Counted from the first letter of the whole stretch, positions 24,860-37,269 are shown. The stretch: DNA of 62,175 nt, filler included, from Sphacelaria rigidula (GCA_964200075.2; 9 parts of 9 records of this genome joined end to end with filler, not necessarily neighbours in it); one strand, 5' to 3'. Program-made: numbers and translations. Notes: generated by a model from the sequence alone, not told the origin.

Positions 24860-27300
24860 AAAACTTCGATGTCAAACGCTGGAGTACTAGGTAAATATGT
24901 ACTGTCCGTATTGGACCACCTCACAAGGTATGCTTTGCTCATTCCGGTGCCAAAAAAACAGACCACATCAACACAGAGTTTCGGAAGATTTTATTTCTGA
25001 CCATAGAGTCAGAGTACAAAGTGGAAGGGTTGAAACTTCAGAGTGGACGCTAACACGTTTATAGCGGAAGCTGGTGTGACGTGGCTTGATGTGAACTTTT
25101 TTCCCCGCAGTGATTGGCCGCAGGTTGTGCCGCCAAATAAATGTACGATCGCCCAGCGTGCAGTCAGGTGCAGTCCGAAAATGCACCAGTCAAGACAGCA
25201 TTTGCTGTACCATACCCTGTGGCACCGTACGTGCCGTGCACCACGCTTCATTGCACCTGTAGTACTTCAATCCACCACGGTGCAGCACAGGGTACTGTAG
25301 TGCGGTAGGGCTGTGCAGTGTAGAGTACAGCCAGTGCGGTAGAGAGAGTGCAGTGCAGAACCCTACAACAGTACATCGCGGTACGGTGAACTACAGCGAT
25401 GCCGTACAGACAGTCAGTTGTGCAGTAATGCAGCAGCACAACAGTACAGTAGTAGGCAGCACTTTCAAACAACAGACAAGGCCGCATCGTGATGATTTCC
25501 CAACATGCCACCCATAAACGTGGTGCAAGAAGTCATGATTTCTAACGAAATGACAATGTAGCCAGGTGTAGTACTGCTTGTGCGTTGTAGACTACGAATC
25601 GTTCACACCGTCTTCTTACAGCTGAGGCTGGCAAGAGTGAGGAACTGCACCCAAGGGCAACGTATGCCCGTCGAGCATTTGAATAATCACGTAACACAAC
25701 CAAGCGAATACTGATACCATGGCGGCGTCAGGCAGGTCTTCTGGTTGCCATGCCAAGCTTTTCTACTTCGTGAATGGCCCATTGTGATGAGTATGGCAGT
25801 TTTGATGGATGATCAATGTCCCACTTTGCTTGTTAGGGTGTGTTGATTTTGAACTGGACGTGACCATGGCGGTGAAGGTGGGCGTGGTTCTTCTTCATTC
25901 CGCTATGAGCTCTGAAGATAAAACGGTTTTCAGAGTGAAGTGGTGAAACGGCACTCTGACTCTGAAAACATCGCCCTGAAAAAAACTTCATTGCAGAAAC
26001 TGCACCGTTACCGGCTAGTTTTCCTTCCACTCTGATTCTAAGATTTGAAAAAACGTTTTCCGAAACTCTCTAATAACCAAAACTCTGATTGACAGAGTCT
26101 TTACTGCATTAGGCATCAAGGGAAAGCTGCGTTCGAATTAAAGAGCCGAAATCGGTAACAAGCTGATATACTCACGGCAACAAGAGCTGGGTTTCAATAA
26201 ACCTCGCACGGCACCGTTACAACCGCAAAGTAATTCAGTGTCGGAACGAATCCACTCCACTATGCACGCAATGTTAGCTATGCATATGTCGATTAGAAAC
26301 AAGAATTGGGTACCCATGCGTTCATTCAAATGACGTACAACACATCCCATCACAGTACAGTACAGTACAGTACAGTACAGGAGATATACCGTATTTTTTA
26401 TTGTTCGGAAGACAGCCCAGTTTACCAATCGACGTTATCCCCGGCATACCTAAGGAGAGCCAAGCCGCAACACCCGAAGAATTTCCAAAGAAACACGGGA
26501 AACCTACAGGTTGGATTTGAAATTGCGAGACAAGCTCTACGAGAAAGAGCGAACGAGCAAGAAAACAGAAACAAATAAAAATCGTTCCCATTGTTCGAAT
26601 CCAGTCAAAAGGTACACCACGTGTACCGCTTATACCAGGACTCAGAAGAGCCGAACTAGAAACTCCGATTACCATGGAGAGGGCCTTTCATGGTAACTGA
26701 GGGACGATCGCCGGTGATATACATAATCAAAATAGGCGACGACTCTAAAGAAATGTCAGTACATCCCGCTCACTTGAAGAAATATAGTCCGCGGGAAACG
26801 CCGCCCGCATCAGATGTCGATAAATCGAGCGAATTGTTCCTAGACAAACAGATACCTCTACCAGAGAGACCAACCAGACGAAACGTTGGCTACAATAAAA
26901 CAGTAACGCTGTCGAAAAAGTGGTAGCCTACGCTCGAGGACCACGTCGGGGAAGTCTTCATATCCATAAGTAACAGTGGGCCTTAGAAAATGGGGTTCAT
27001 CTACAGAATGAGGTTGAAGTGGCATTTCCCTTTTGCAGGGATGACGCGACACACTTGCGACCGAGCGAAGCCATCTCCCCCCCAAACGTCCACAGCAGTT
27101 CAGCAGCTGTGGCTAGGTGCACCTATCGAATGCGATGTACACGCGTGTCGATGACGATATCGCCAGGGAGAGAAGCAACGACAGAGAGGAAGCTCCTCGC
27201 CCGTGTCCTTTGTGTGTCCTCGCTCGGCGATTACCAAAGCCTCGAGAGACTGGCATCATCGATGTTACCAGCATGTACCCAATATTCTATGTGCTGAAAT
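24860..27300 (+). pseudogene. Gypsy integrase core and GPY/F module fragment, interrupted by a TIR element
   Basis: GKYVLSVLDHLTRYALLIPVPKKQT (to ~24970) resumes at ~26073 as ITKTLIDRVFTALG...PLQPQSNSVSERIHSTMHAML...FIQMTYNTSHHSTVQE, then WRGPFMVTEGRSPVIYII...VHPAHLKKY. Confidence 0.85.
24974..26070. mobile_element. ~1.1-kb non-autonomous TIR element inserted in the integrase
   Basis: Ends CAGAGTTTCGGAAGA / TTTTCCGAAACTCTC are inverted repeats; subterminal TCAGAGTG motifs; integrase sequence resumes across it. TSD not resolved. Confidence 0.75.
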
Positions 27301-27680
27301 ATCGAGCTGCGGATAGATTTTTTCTCGTCTTACAAATGCGCGTCGAGCTCACCAATGCGAAGATGGATTTCTCTTTGCCTCTTCTTTGGGACAGGACGCG
27401 CCTCTGTGCGCCGAAAAATATGTTGAAAAACAGGGCAATGTTCCCGTCACCGCTACTACTGTTCTCTGTCACACACATGCCAGCAAGGGCGGTGGTGCGG
27501 CCATAACAGACACTTTCTACGATAGCCCCCCCCCCAAAACCAGCTAAAAGTGTCACGAAAAAAATGGCCATACAGCGCCTNNNNNNNNNNNNNNNNNNNN
27601 NNNNNNNNNNNNNNNNNNNNNNNNTTAATTAATTAANNNNNNNNNNNNNNNNNNNNNNNNNNNNNNNNNNNNNNNNNNNN

Positions 27681-27763
27681 GAAAAAACCCAACGCATCGG
27701 GAATCGAACCTCCGATCTCTCCACCCTAATGGTGACAGTCGGACCATTACACCACCGGGGCGC
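27681..27763 (-). mobile_element. tRNA-like head of SINE family B (truncated by scaffold end)
   Basis: Near identical to 32880-32962; A-box TGGTGTAATGG and B-box GGTTCGATTCC on the minus strand. Confidence 0.75.
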
Positions 27764-28169
27764 GAGTTGTGGGGAAAGACGAGTGTGATGCAATGTGTGG
27801 CGCATACTCTGCGTAATTCGGTTAGCGTGGTTTTGGGCGTCTCCCCGTTTCATTCACACATGTGAATTACATAGTTTCCACGAGTATCGTCGACAACCAC
27901 CGACTACTGTTTGATTTTCGACATTTTTCCGCAACAATGATTATGTGCCAACTTGAGGAAAACTGATTTTTGTTGAGTTTACACGGACGGACATTTTACC
28001 ATACATTCGGACACAATAGCATTTCCAGGTACGCCTGGCAATGAACCCTATCTAGCATTTGAATCAACACCACGTGTTTAAACACGCAGACACACAAATA
28101 CAAATACAAACACACACACACAGGCACGCGTGCATACCACTCCGGTTGGCTTATATGCGACCTGCGCAG

Positions 28170-31100
28170 GCGTTTTTGTGCTTCTTAGGGGAGGACTGCG
28201 AGAACATAGATGTGGACATATCCGCTGTGTTGTTCGGAACGAGGGGTAACTACTTCGAAGCCGTCGGGTTTGGTTCTCCGATGTCTGTAGATCGAGGGGT
28301 GACTCACATGGGCGATTCCGTACAACCCGAGGCGGGCGTGAACGGCGGAGACCTTACGCTGACGGAGGACATCGAGTTCGATCTCGCCCTGGTACATCAA
28401 CGGGTGAGCTCCCCTAGTAGATGACACAGGCAGATATATTTATTGGTTTATCGAGGAATCGCCCTAAATGCCTACATAGCTTACGCACAAGGCAAGGCCA
28501 AGCGTGTTGGCCAAGGTGCGGGGTGAGTATACTGTACATCGGTGGTTCTTCTCTGTGTCCGTGTGAGTGTTTGCAGCACGTCGATCTCACGGCAAGTTGC
28601 CGCCAGCAGAGTGCTGCCAGAAAGCTAAGGGTCTGACGAGAACAAGTTGCACTTACACATCTAGTGGTGTTTACGTACCGCGAAGGCATCGGCGGGCGAG
28701 ATAAACAACGAGGTAGCAAACCCTGAGTCCCAAACGTCGGTCGCCCCGGCGGCTCAGTTGGTATCCTCGAAACCTTCTGACGGACAGGACGTGGGTTCGA
28801 ATCTCGATAAAGTCACACTATCTTAGATTTTTTTATCACATCATGTCCAGCAGTGGAGAGCGTCGTGGGTACACAAACTTCAACTTCAAGGTCGACGAGA
28901 GAAAAGGACGGCCGAGCTCTTCTCGCGATAAAAAAAGAGTAAGACAGGCACCGCAGAAGGAAGGTCGATTGCTGGAACAAAAATGAAACATGTATGTAAA
29001 AATATTCTGTGTCGACATACCTCCGGTGTGATCCATACACAGTATGCCGAAAGGTGAGCCTGGCGTCCAATATACCGAATATCAACACACACACGCACAC
29101 TAGAGCGCCTGCTCAGGTTGGCAGCAATTCTACTCAATCGAGAAGCTGAGTTCTCCTTGTGCCTCTCCTAGATGAGCTCAGCCTTGCACTCGCCCCTACT
29201 GGGCCTTCCATAAGTGCAGGGCACACTACGATGTGCGCACTTCGCGTCGAGTTAATGCATATCCAACCCGAGAGTATCAGTTGACATATTTTTAATACTC
29301 AGCACCCTCTATCCAACAAGAGAAAATCTCGACTTTTGGACACCCACTTTGTTTTTCTTCATAACAGTGAAATAAAGCCGGTGATTGCTTCAAGGGCAGG
29401 TCGAGTAGAGTATACTCAATACTCAGTATTTTTGAAGAGGTCATACTTTTAGTACTTAAAATTCGAGTAGAGTATTTGAGGTCGTACTCGATCTACTCAA
29501 AATTTGAGTAGAGTATTTAAGGCCATACTCAACCTACTCGAAAATTGAGTAGAGTATTTGAGGCCGTACTCGACCTAATAAAAACATTGAGTAGAGTATT
29601 GAGGTCATACTCAAGTGATGCTCTATACTCAAGTATTACTGATAATGCCCACTCAATATTTGAGTAGAGTATTTGAGGTCGTACTCGACCCACTCAAATT
29701 TCGAGTAGAGTATTTGAGGCCGTACTCGACCTACTCAAACCTTGAGTAGAGTATTTGAGGCCGCACTCGACCTACTCAAACGTCGAGTAGAGTAAATTCT
29801 TGAGTATTTTACTCTAGTACACAAAAGTGCATACTCTACTCGACCTGCCCTTGGATTGCTTCAACTCTATCTGCACCTTTTGATGTCATGCATCGCCACT
29901 TTAGTGTTTGTGTTGTTTGATATCGTTGTTCAATCTTGCTTCCCTCTTTTCCGTCATTTCTTCCTGCTGCCGTTGTGGCAAGCATCATCTCCGTCTATTT
30001 AATGTAGTTTTGGCTATCTTGGAACTACGACTAGGTTCGTAGCGAATCGGCTAGCAGAGAACAATCAATCGATCGAATCAATCGAATCAATCGAATCAAC
30101 CAAATGAATTGAATTGAAGAAATTTCAGAAAGTGCACGGAGCTCAAGCAGCTCTTAATATCAGACACACTGGACCCAACCAGTGCGTGTCACCAAACTGA
30201 GATAAAGCAAACATTGACAACACAAGACAACCCAAAAGTCATCGATACAGAACTGGAACCGAGTAGGTACGACTCGACACCTGACCTGACTACTATAAAG
30301 TAACGTGGGTGGGGCGCACGTTTGTTATTCCGAATATCCAGGGATGATACGGGTCTGACCCCATATGGTGAGACACTCATGAGCCAGTGTATAAGACGTG
30401 ACTGTCTCTGGAAGTGGCGATACCAGAAAATGAAGCAACTCATTGGAGGCTGTCATCCGATTGCGAGATAATCAGTACACTTCGGGCCGAACAATCTTAG
30501 CAGGATGCAGCTCATCCTTCATGTGACTCGCCGAGCACACCACGGCGCTTCGCGCTTGATGATTGATTGCTAGCCTGTTCAGGCGAAACCCGGCTTGCCC
30601 CGTCCCGGCTTTGTAGGGATGCGAGGTCAATGGTTCTATGACTATAGCTTGCAAGATCATGAGTACACCCCCCTCCCACCTCCTTCCCAAGCTGCGAGAA
30701 GTCAACTGTATGATCCTAGGATCCTTTCGACACCAGACTAGACTCTAATAGTACATGAGACGACACTTTAACTAAGCACTTCTACATGAGTGAGATTCGC
30801 ACTTATCACCAAATACGGTTGACAGGGGCTACGGTTGGTACTCTAAAAAGTATGAGGATGGAGGGGCAGCACCCCCCCCCCCCGTTCTCAAACCGCGAAA
30901 CGTCAACTGTAGGAATCTGGGGCTCTCGATACTTTTCGGTGAGCATCTCTCTCTAAACTTGTCATGTGTCACTTGGCGCTATCGTTTGGGAGCAAACTGA
31001 CTTGTGAAAGCCGATCGTTACATTCACCAAGCATAGCCAATTCAACAGGGGGCGGTATGCATCGTGCCCTCCGTCATTGCACAGCTTTGCGTTGTTCTAC

Positions 31101-33245
31101 GGTGCTGTCCCCGCGTCGCAGATCTACTCTATGTGTCTGGTGGCCACGATCTGTGGGGAGTACACTTTCGGCAATGTCCGAAGTATTCAGCTACGCATCA
31201 GCACATCTTCGAGTTCTCTGAGCGGGCGTGAAATGGAAATTGCAAGGGTCGTGTACACTCGGGTATGTTGACAAAGTGTGACCCCAGCACCCCGGTTCTC
31301 CGCACTACCATGCAGGGAGTCGTTTGATAGCACCACGTTACCGAGGACTCCGCTGTAGGATCTAGGGATGCAGAGAAGGTACGATAGAATCCAGGTGGCC
31401 CACTTCAGGGTAGTACGCGTCAGCTGAGAACACCGCTCTTGTTAACCAGTCGGCTGTAAGTCGCATATATCTGCTGTACCGGTATATAGAAGTGGTAGTT
31501 CATGCCTCGAGGTTTTTCCAGCCTTGAAGTGGTCATCAACCTTACCAGGGGAGGCCGTGAAAACAGTCCTCGCTCCATCGTGGCGCCGCTGTACGTTACG
31601 TGTCGGTCAGCAGTCTCCACTTCACACATGCATTGTGCCCTGTGTAACTGTACTACAAAGACGTGCCGTGGACAGCATAAACTATTTCGAGTTCGGGAGG
31701 CAAAATAACCCGCGTTTCTTCTCGGCCAAGCAAAGTATTTTTGTTTTTTCTTCATCCTTTTGACATCGTCCTGCAGTCGTGCGCTTCATACGTACTTCTC
31801 TTCTTTCCGAAAACATATGAGTCGTCGTCCTGGAGATATTCGTTTCATTCCGAATTAAAAAATATGAAACGTATTTCCTCCTTTTATCATCTTCCGAGTA
31901 GGACCCGCGACGCTACGTCGAGAAAATTCAAAGGATCCTGCGCTCTCAAATTCTAAGAGTTTGGACCTCAGCGTTTGGCACGAGTCTCACATGTCATCAT
32001 ACAGCAGTCAATCAAAAGCCCAAGCTTGCCTCCGAAGTATATTTCCAGCGCTATTACACAAACCTTGTGTGCCAAACGCAGGAAGGATGTTTAGGATCGA
32101 AAACCGGCGATTTGGGCAATCAGCCAAATGCCCTCATACTTGGAGATCTGCACAGGGTGTTGCCTCCTGAGCAACAAGACCGGGGTGGCGCTCGGGATGA
32201 CGGTGGAGGCGTGTGGAATCTGCGCACGCCTGGTGTTGTACGCGCGGTCGTCAAGAAGCCGGTCGAGGTGATACATTCGACCCTACGTGGCTGCATATAT
32301 CCAGAAAGTGCCCGGTCGAATTTCGTGTGTATCGGCTCTTTTCTTTCTCCTTGAAGGAAGGCGGAAACCTCACCCAACACTTACCCCGCAAGCGGGTTCG
32401 TGGTGCATTGATTACCCGGAGGCTCATCTAGACCGCCTCGCGGTAGTCATGCGGAGTAGACGCCTCGAGCGTTCAGAAACTTTGTTCAAGGCACGCGTGG
32501 GGGTCGAACCCATTAAACCATCCCTCCGACTTGACGCAGTGCACGCGCCGCCATACTATAATGAGCTTCGGCCCTTGTGTAAGTTCCGCAGAATAATCGA
32601 TTTGTATGGAGTTTTCGGGGCGATTTCAAGGAAAATATGGACAAAGTTTCCCCACTATATATATTTTTTCTCACACTTTGAACCCCTCTCCTTCGTCGGG
32701 ATGAGTCCGTGGTCTCAAGGGATCAATCCATCTCTCCCCCGGTACGTGCCTTTCATTTTTGATCTCGCGGGTTGGATCAGCACTCCCGCACCGCGTCAAC
32801 TCAGGTCACACAAACCCAGCCGACTAATTTGTTTACTCACGTTCTCACGCTTTCCACGCTGGAAATCATACATAACGAAGAAGAAACCCAACGCATCGGG
32901 AATCGAACCTCCGTTCTCTCCACCCTAATGGCGACAGTCGAACCATCACACCACCGGGGCGCGGCCATCACATCAGTTAAACTCCAAATATCATATTCAC
33001 TCGGTCGGGATGTTTCCATGGTACGATAGTCGTGCGGGCTTTTTCCACGGTACGGTCAGGGGTCAAGAACTCTGTCACAACGGCTGCAGCAGGCTGCGTT
33101 GTACTGCAGCGGTCCACAAGTCGGCGAAGAATACCTCGGTGCGATGCAATGCTATAAGTGGGAGCGTTCCGTGTTCAATTTCTTTTGTACATTCAAAGAG
33201 GGTGATAACTTCGATACAGGGAAAGTTGGTCCAACTTTACATCAG
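28170..33245 (+). CDS. Spliced TerD-domain (tellurium resistance/stress, CABP1-like) protein, internal exons only
   Basis: Phase-0 exons with AG/GT ends: 28170-28403 (ENIDVDISAVLFGTRGNYFEAVGFGSPMSVDRGVTHMGD...EDIEFDLALVHQR), 31122-31262 (IYSMCLVATICGEYTFGNVRSIQLRI...EIAR), 32082-32267 (NALILGDLHR...WNLRTPG), and tentative 33093-33245 (FKEGDNFDTGKVGPTLHQ). These follow the TerD motif order DLDASA...HxGD...VTI...FGxV...EvAR...GELYR...WKFRAIG. Confidence 0.75.
28739..29100 (+). mobile_element. tRNA-derived SINE (family A) with (CA)n tail
   Basis: GGTCGCCCCGGCGGCTCAGTTGG A-box and GGTTCGAATC B-box; body and tail match 61328-61673. Confidence 0.8.
29391..29853. mobile_element. hAT-type MITE with 8-bp TSD and internal ~41-bp tandem repeats
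   Basis: TIRs CAAGGGCAGGTCGAGTAGAGTAT / ATACTCTACTCGACCTGCCCTTG; perfect 8-bp TSD GATTGCTT (29383-29390, 29854-29861); about 8 units of GAGTAGAGTATTTGAGGYCGTACTCGACCTACTCAAA. Confidence 0.92.
30360..30688 (+). repeat. 5'-truncated copy of the poly-C-flanked dispersed repeat
   Basis: TGGTGAGACACTCATGAG...GCGATACCAGAAAATGAAGCAAC...CAAGATCATGAGTACACCCCCC matches ~1185-1500. Confidence 0.8.
32664..32966 (-). mobile_element. tRNA-derived SINE (family B), full-length
   Basis: Minus-strand head GCCCCGGTGGTGTGATGG...GGAGGTTCGATTCCCG (A and B boxes); related copies at 1-185, 27681-27763, 37270-37566, 57927-58035, 59048-59315 and 59915-60070. Confidence 0.8.
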
Positions 33246-34744
33246 GTTTCTGGCATAGTATCCGATGCAGAGTACTGGACCGCACTCTTAGTATATATTT
33301 CTTCACCATTACAGTGCACGGTCGTGATATATTTCCTTCATGCTGTCATACTCCACAATGGTGCACAAAACTCAGAGCTCGAAATTCGTGACGACATGGC
33401 TTTTGCTCGTGGATCGATCTCTCATTGACAGACAGTTCCCGTGGCTCAGAGATACCTGGGCGAATGGATACCCTCCGTCGAGATCCAAGGGGAAGAATAC
33501 ATGGTCAGGCGAGTTATTGCTTCGTCAACTACATAATCTACTTCACATTCCCTAGGTCGCTCTTTGTGGGCATGGGAAGTTGATCAGCGGCACATTCTGC
33601 TTTGAGAACTTGCTCTCTCCGTTTTTTTTGCACCCGAGATATGAACACCCCGACGCCTCACGCTGTCGAAAGATGCATCGTCTCAATGAGAATATTCTTG
33701 AACCTTTTTTCCGGATTTCGGTAGTGTCTGAGATCTCGCCAACGATCACTTACCAACGATCAAACTGGAAGCAACGAAAATGTGACGGTATGTGGTAGTA
33801 CTCGACAAAGTTCGAGCACATAGTTTACACTGTATCTTTGTCAAGCTGGCAGTTTGGTAAGCGGCTGGGCTTGGAAACCGAGGAGGGCGACAAATCGAGT
33901 AGTTAAACCATATATTATCATCTTAGGGAGATGGTATGCAGTTCCCGAGACATATGGCGGCGATATTTCCAGTCTGGGAGATGGTATTCATTCTTCCAAT
34001 GATTGATTTTGATTTGATTGATTGTTGCATATATACCAAACTCGGATATCCCTGGAAAATAGTTGCCACGTGACCATAAGGAGCGGCCAAAACTTCAAAG
34101 TGTTCAGTAGTTGATTCGTTCACCGGAAACAAGAGCAAGAAGGTACATATCCTCGCGTGCTGCAGCAGAAAGCTCCTAGCAGCGCTCATCGCGAATTTCA
34201 GGTTGAGATGTGATCGCAAATGTTGTTCACAGACCACCGTCGAGGTGTATCATCCGGGGGGGAGAACACCTTGGGTTCCCTACCAATTCCGCTACCAACA
34301 GTGGATTCTCAAAAATGGGGTCGAAAAAAATGAGGTTCAACACAAAAGCCGTGCTTTCCCTGACCTAAATTCATGTCAAAAGGCTTTCATATAGACAATC
34401 CCATCCCTCCCGACCTCCCTAAAACTATTTCGAGGGATTTCTAGCCTTTCATTCCCCCAAAGGGTATGGGCGAAAGCACGATTTTGGGGACAAAAAACGN
34501 NNNNNNNNNNNNNNNNNNNNNNNNNNNNNNNNNNNNNNNNNNNTTAATTAATTAANNNNNNNNNNNNNNNNNNNNNNNNNNNNNNNNNNNNNNNNNNNNA
34601 GTGCAACGTACGAAATAAAAAAATAAAGTGAACATTTGCACGCAGAGGTGATCATCGTACGTCGAAAGTGGAGCACAAGATATCGACTCCACCCCCCCCC
34701 CCCCTCGCATCTCAAATGCCTTGTCTACTTCTATGGAAACACAG

Positions 34745-36823
34745 GACAAGCAAGTGCTAGAGCTGGTGGAGAAGCACGGCAAGAAATGGGCCAAGATCGC
34801 GGAGGAGATGCCGCGACGTCTCGCAAAGCGCATTCGCGAGCGCTATGTCAACCATTTGGACCCAAGGTACAATGTCTACCCCACACTTGGGACCGCGTTG
34901 TGCTCGTCTCCGCGAACGGCTTATTCCCGCGCAGGACACTTGCGATATCGGCCACGCTTTCACACGAAAAGCCCGAGTTTAATGATGATCAGCAGACATT
35001 GTCGGGACGACCGTCGCTTCACGTGTGCTGTATCTGACTCTGCCTTTTACTCGCACGCCTCATTCACTGTTGTTCCCCCCCCCCCCCACCCACCCACCTT
35101 CGCCTGTTCGATGTTTTACGGACCCTGGGCGTCAGTTTGAATCACGGAGAATGGACCGCAGAGGAGGAGTTCATCCTGGTCGAGAAGTTTAACCAGCTGG
35201 GTCAGAAGGTAACACCGGAAAGCAAAAACAGCGGAGTGTGTGCGTCGAACCATAATCTGTGGACTTGGGAGATAATCCTCCCTTCGACGTGCCTGCATCG
35301 TCAGTTTTTTGCAGACGTGCTGCCTCTTTACATGCGGTTATGCTGCATCCGGCGTCCACCAAGTGATGGTGTTACTGTGGTAAAAGCCTACAGAGTACTG
35401 CTCTCCGACTTCCGTGCTTGTTCATCGTTTGTACGGAGCACCCATCCCTGAATCTTGCATATTCATAGGCTGCTTTCGGTGTTGGAGGGGGGAGGAAAAG
35501 GAAGACTCACGGGCGAGCGAGCCGCTTCGACGTATTCTTTACACCCCCCGTCCCCCGCCCCCCGCTTTCTTTTTCGCTCCCCTGTATTCTGCTTGATGCG
35601 CTGTGTGTATGTATGTATGGACGACGGACAGTGGTCTCAAATCGCGAAGCATCTGCCGGGAAGGAGCGTAAACTCGGTGAAGAACCGCTGGTTCGCGGTG
35701 AACAGAGGAAGGAGCGTCTTGAACAAACAGGTACCTCCGAGAGTAGACAGAGAGCACGCAAGAACTGCGAACAGGGGAATCAATCACGGATCCGCGCCCG
35801 ACGCAGCCGTCGGAGCCGTCGGCACCGGAGGTGTCGTCCAGCAGGACTCCAACGGTCCTTGTACATGCGCGCAACATCAACACCATCATGACGCCCTTCC
35901 CGTCGCCAGTAACTTGCGAAATGATGGCTGTATGGCAGCTATTGACCGCGGCGGGATAAGTAGTGTCGGTTCGGCCAGGGTTGTTGCGGAGGAGGCCGCC
36001 CACGGCGCCGGCGGCGCCGGGACTTGCGCTGCGGGCGGAGATTTGGATGGCGATTCCTGGGGAGTGGGTGTGACCGGCTCGTCGATAATAAGTGGCGTAG
36101 GAGGTAATCATGCCAGCAACAGCGGCGACAACGGCAGCGATATGGGGGGTTCTAGTGATATGACGGGCAGCGGTGTGCATGGCGTCTCCACGGGTGGACG
36201 GGATGCAAAAGATGGTAGCGGCATCGGCCACAACGATAGAAGCGATGGCGCTGATGCAGCTCACCAGAATGAGCCAGGCGGAAATCCGCAGGGGAGCGTA
36301 CCGCCACCGCTTCCACCAGAGCTTCCACAGCACGACGAGCAGGGAAGGGTGGCGGCGGAGAACGGAGTGGAAGTGCCGAGCGTACTCCACGGCAAGGGTG
36401 GTGGTGTGTCGAGTGCTGGAGGAGAGATGTGCAGACGTGATAGCGGCGACGAAGCATCGGGGGAGCTCACGAGGCTACAAGCGCAGGTCCACGGGGGAGC
36501 CCGGGGTATGCACGAAGAGCAAGCGGCGGCGTTCGTGGCGCATCAGATGATGGTCGCGACTGGAGCGGGCAATGAAGTTGGTGGGACTGTAACGTCCGGT
36601 GCGCCGCTTGAGCAGCACGGGGACGGGGTGAGCGTGCAAGTACGCGCTACTGGATCGCATGCGGACGGCGAGGGTTCAGCCATGTTGACGGGGGAACTGA
36701 ATATTGCCCCTGCTTCGATGCAGGAGCAACAGCGCCATGGGGTTCAAGTGCAGCAACATGACCTGCAGGCGCCGCAACCTGAGGACCAGGAGGCGTACTC
36801 CACGTTTAACCACGGAAACATCG

Positions 36824-36875
<52 letters not shown>

Positions 36876-37239
36876 ACAGCAACAACGCCCAGTAGATCAA
36901 CGGTCGCAGCAAGAGCACCTGCATCACCACGAGAGAGCAGAGCACAGAGATCTGCAGCATCATGACCAGCAACAAGAGCAACACGGCCATGAGATGGGTC
37001 ATCAACTCTACACCCACCATCTGTTGCACCAGCAATCGCAGCAACGCCACCAACACCACGATCTCCACCAGTGTCATCCTCCCCACCAACATCAGCAATA
37101 TCATCGTCATCACAGCAACAATCACCACAATAATCATCATTCAACCGACGGGTCGACGGGCGCTACCATGTCCGCGGACGTCGGTTTGTTCGCCGCCTCC
37201 GCGGCCGAGCTGGTAAGCGCACGTCGCTTCAAAATATGA
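34745..37239 (+). CDS. MYB: Multi-repeat MYB transcription factor: exons encoding an R2-like repeat, R3 and a long Gly/Gln/His-rich region
   Basis: Exons 34745-34866 (DKQVLELVEKHGKKWAKIAEEMPRRLAKRIRERYVNHLDP), 35136-35208 (LNHGEWTAEEEFILVEKFNQLGQK) and 35632-37212/37239 (WSQIAKHLPGRSVNSVKNRWF, then low complexity and poly-Q). All have AG/GT ends and consistent phases. Ends either at TGA 37237-37239 or at donor CTG|GTAAGC at 37213. Confidence 0.9.
36827..36870 (+). repeat. (CAG)n poly-glutamine tract in the MYB exon
   Basis: Run of CAG codons in frame in ORF 35455-37239. Confidence 0.9.
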
Positions 37240-37269
37240 CTTTTGTCATTGTTTTTTTCGTCATACTCG

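Noticed and set aside
29465-29800. CRISPR-like array of palindromic repeats
   Set aside because: The units are contiguous with no unique spacers and lie inside a TIR/TSD-bounded MITE in eukaryotic DNA; no cas genes.
35539-37144. Antisense ORFs (283, 154 and 112 aa) over the MYB exon
   Set aside because: Shadow ORFs of a GC-rich, low-complexity coding exon.
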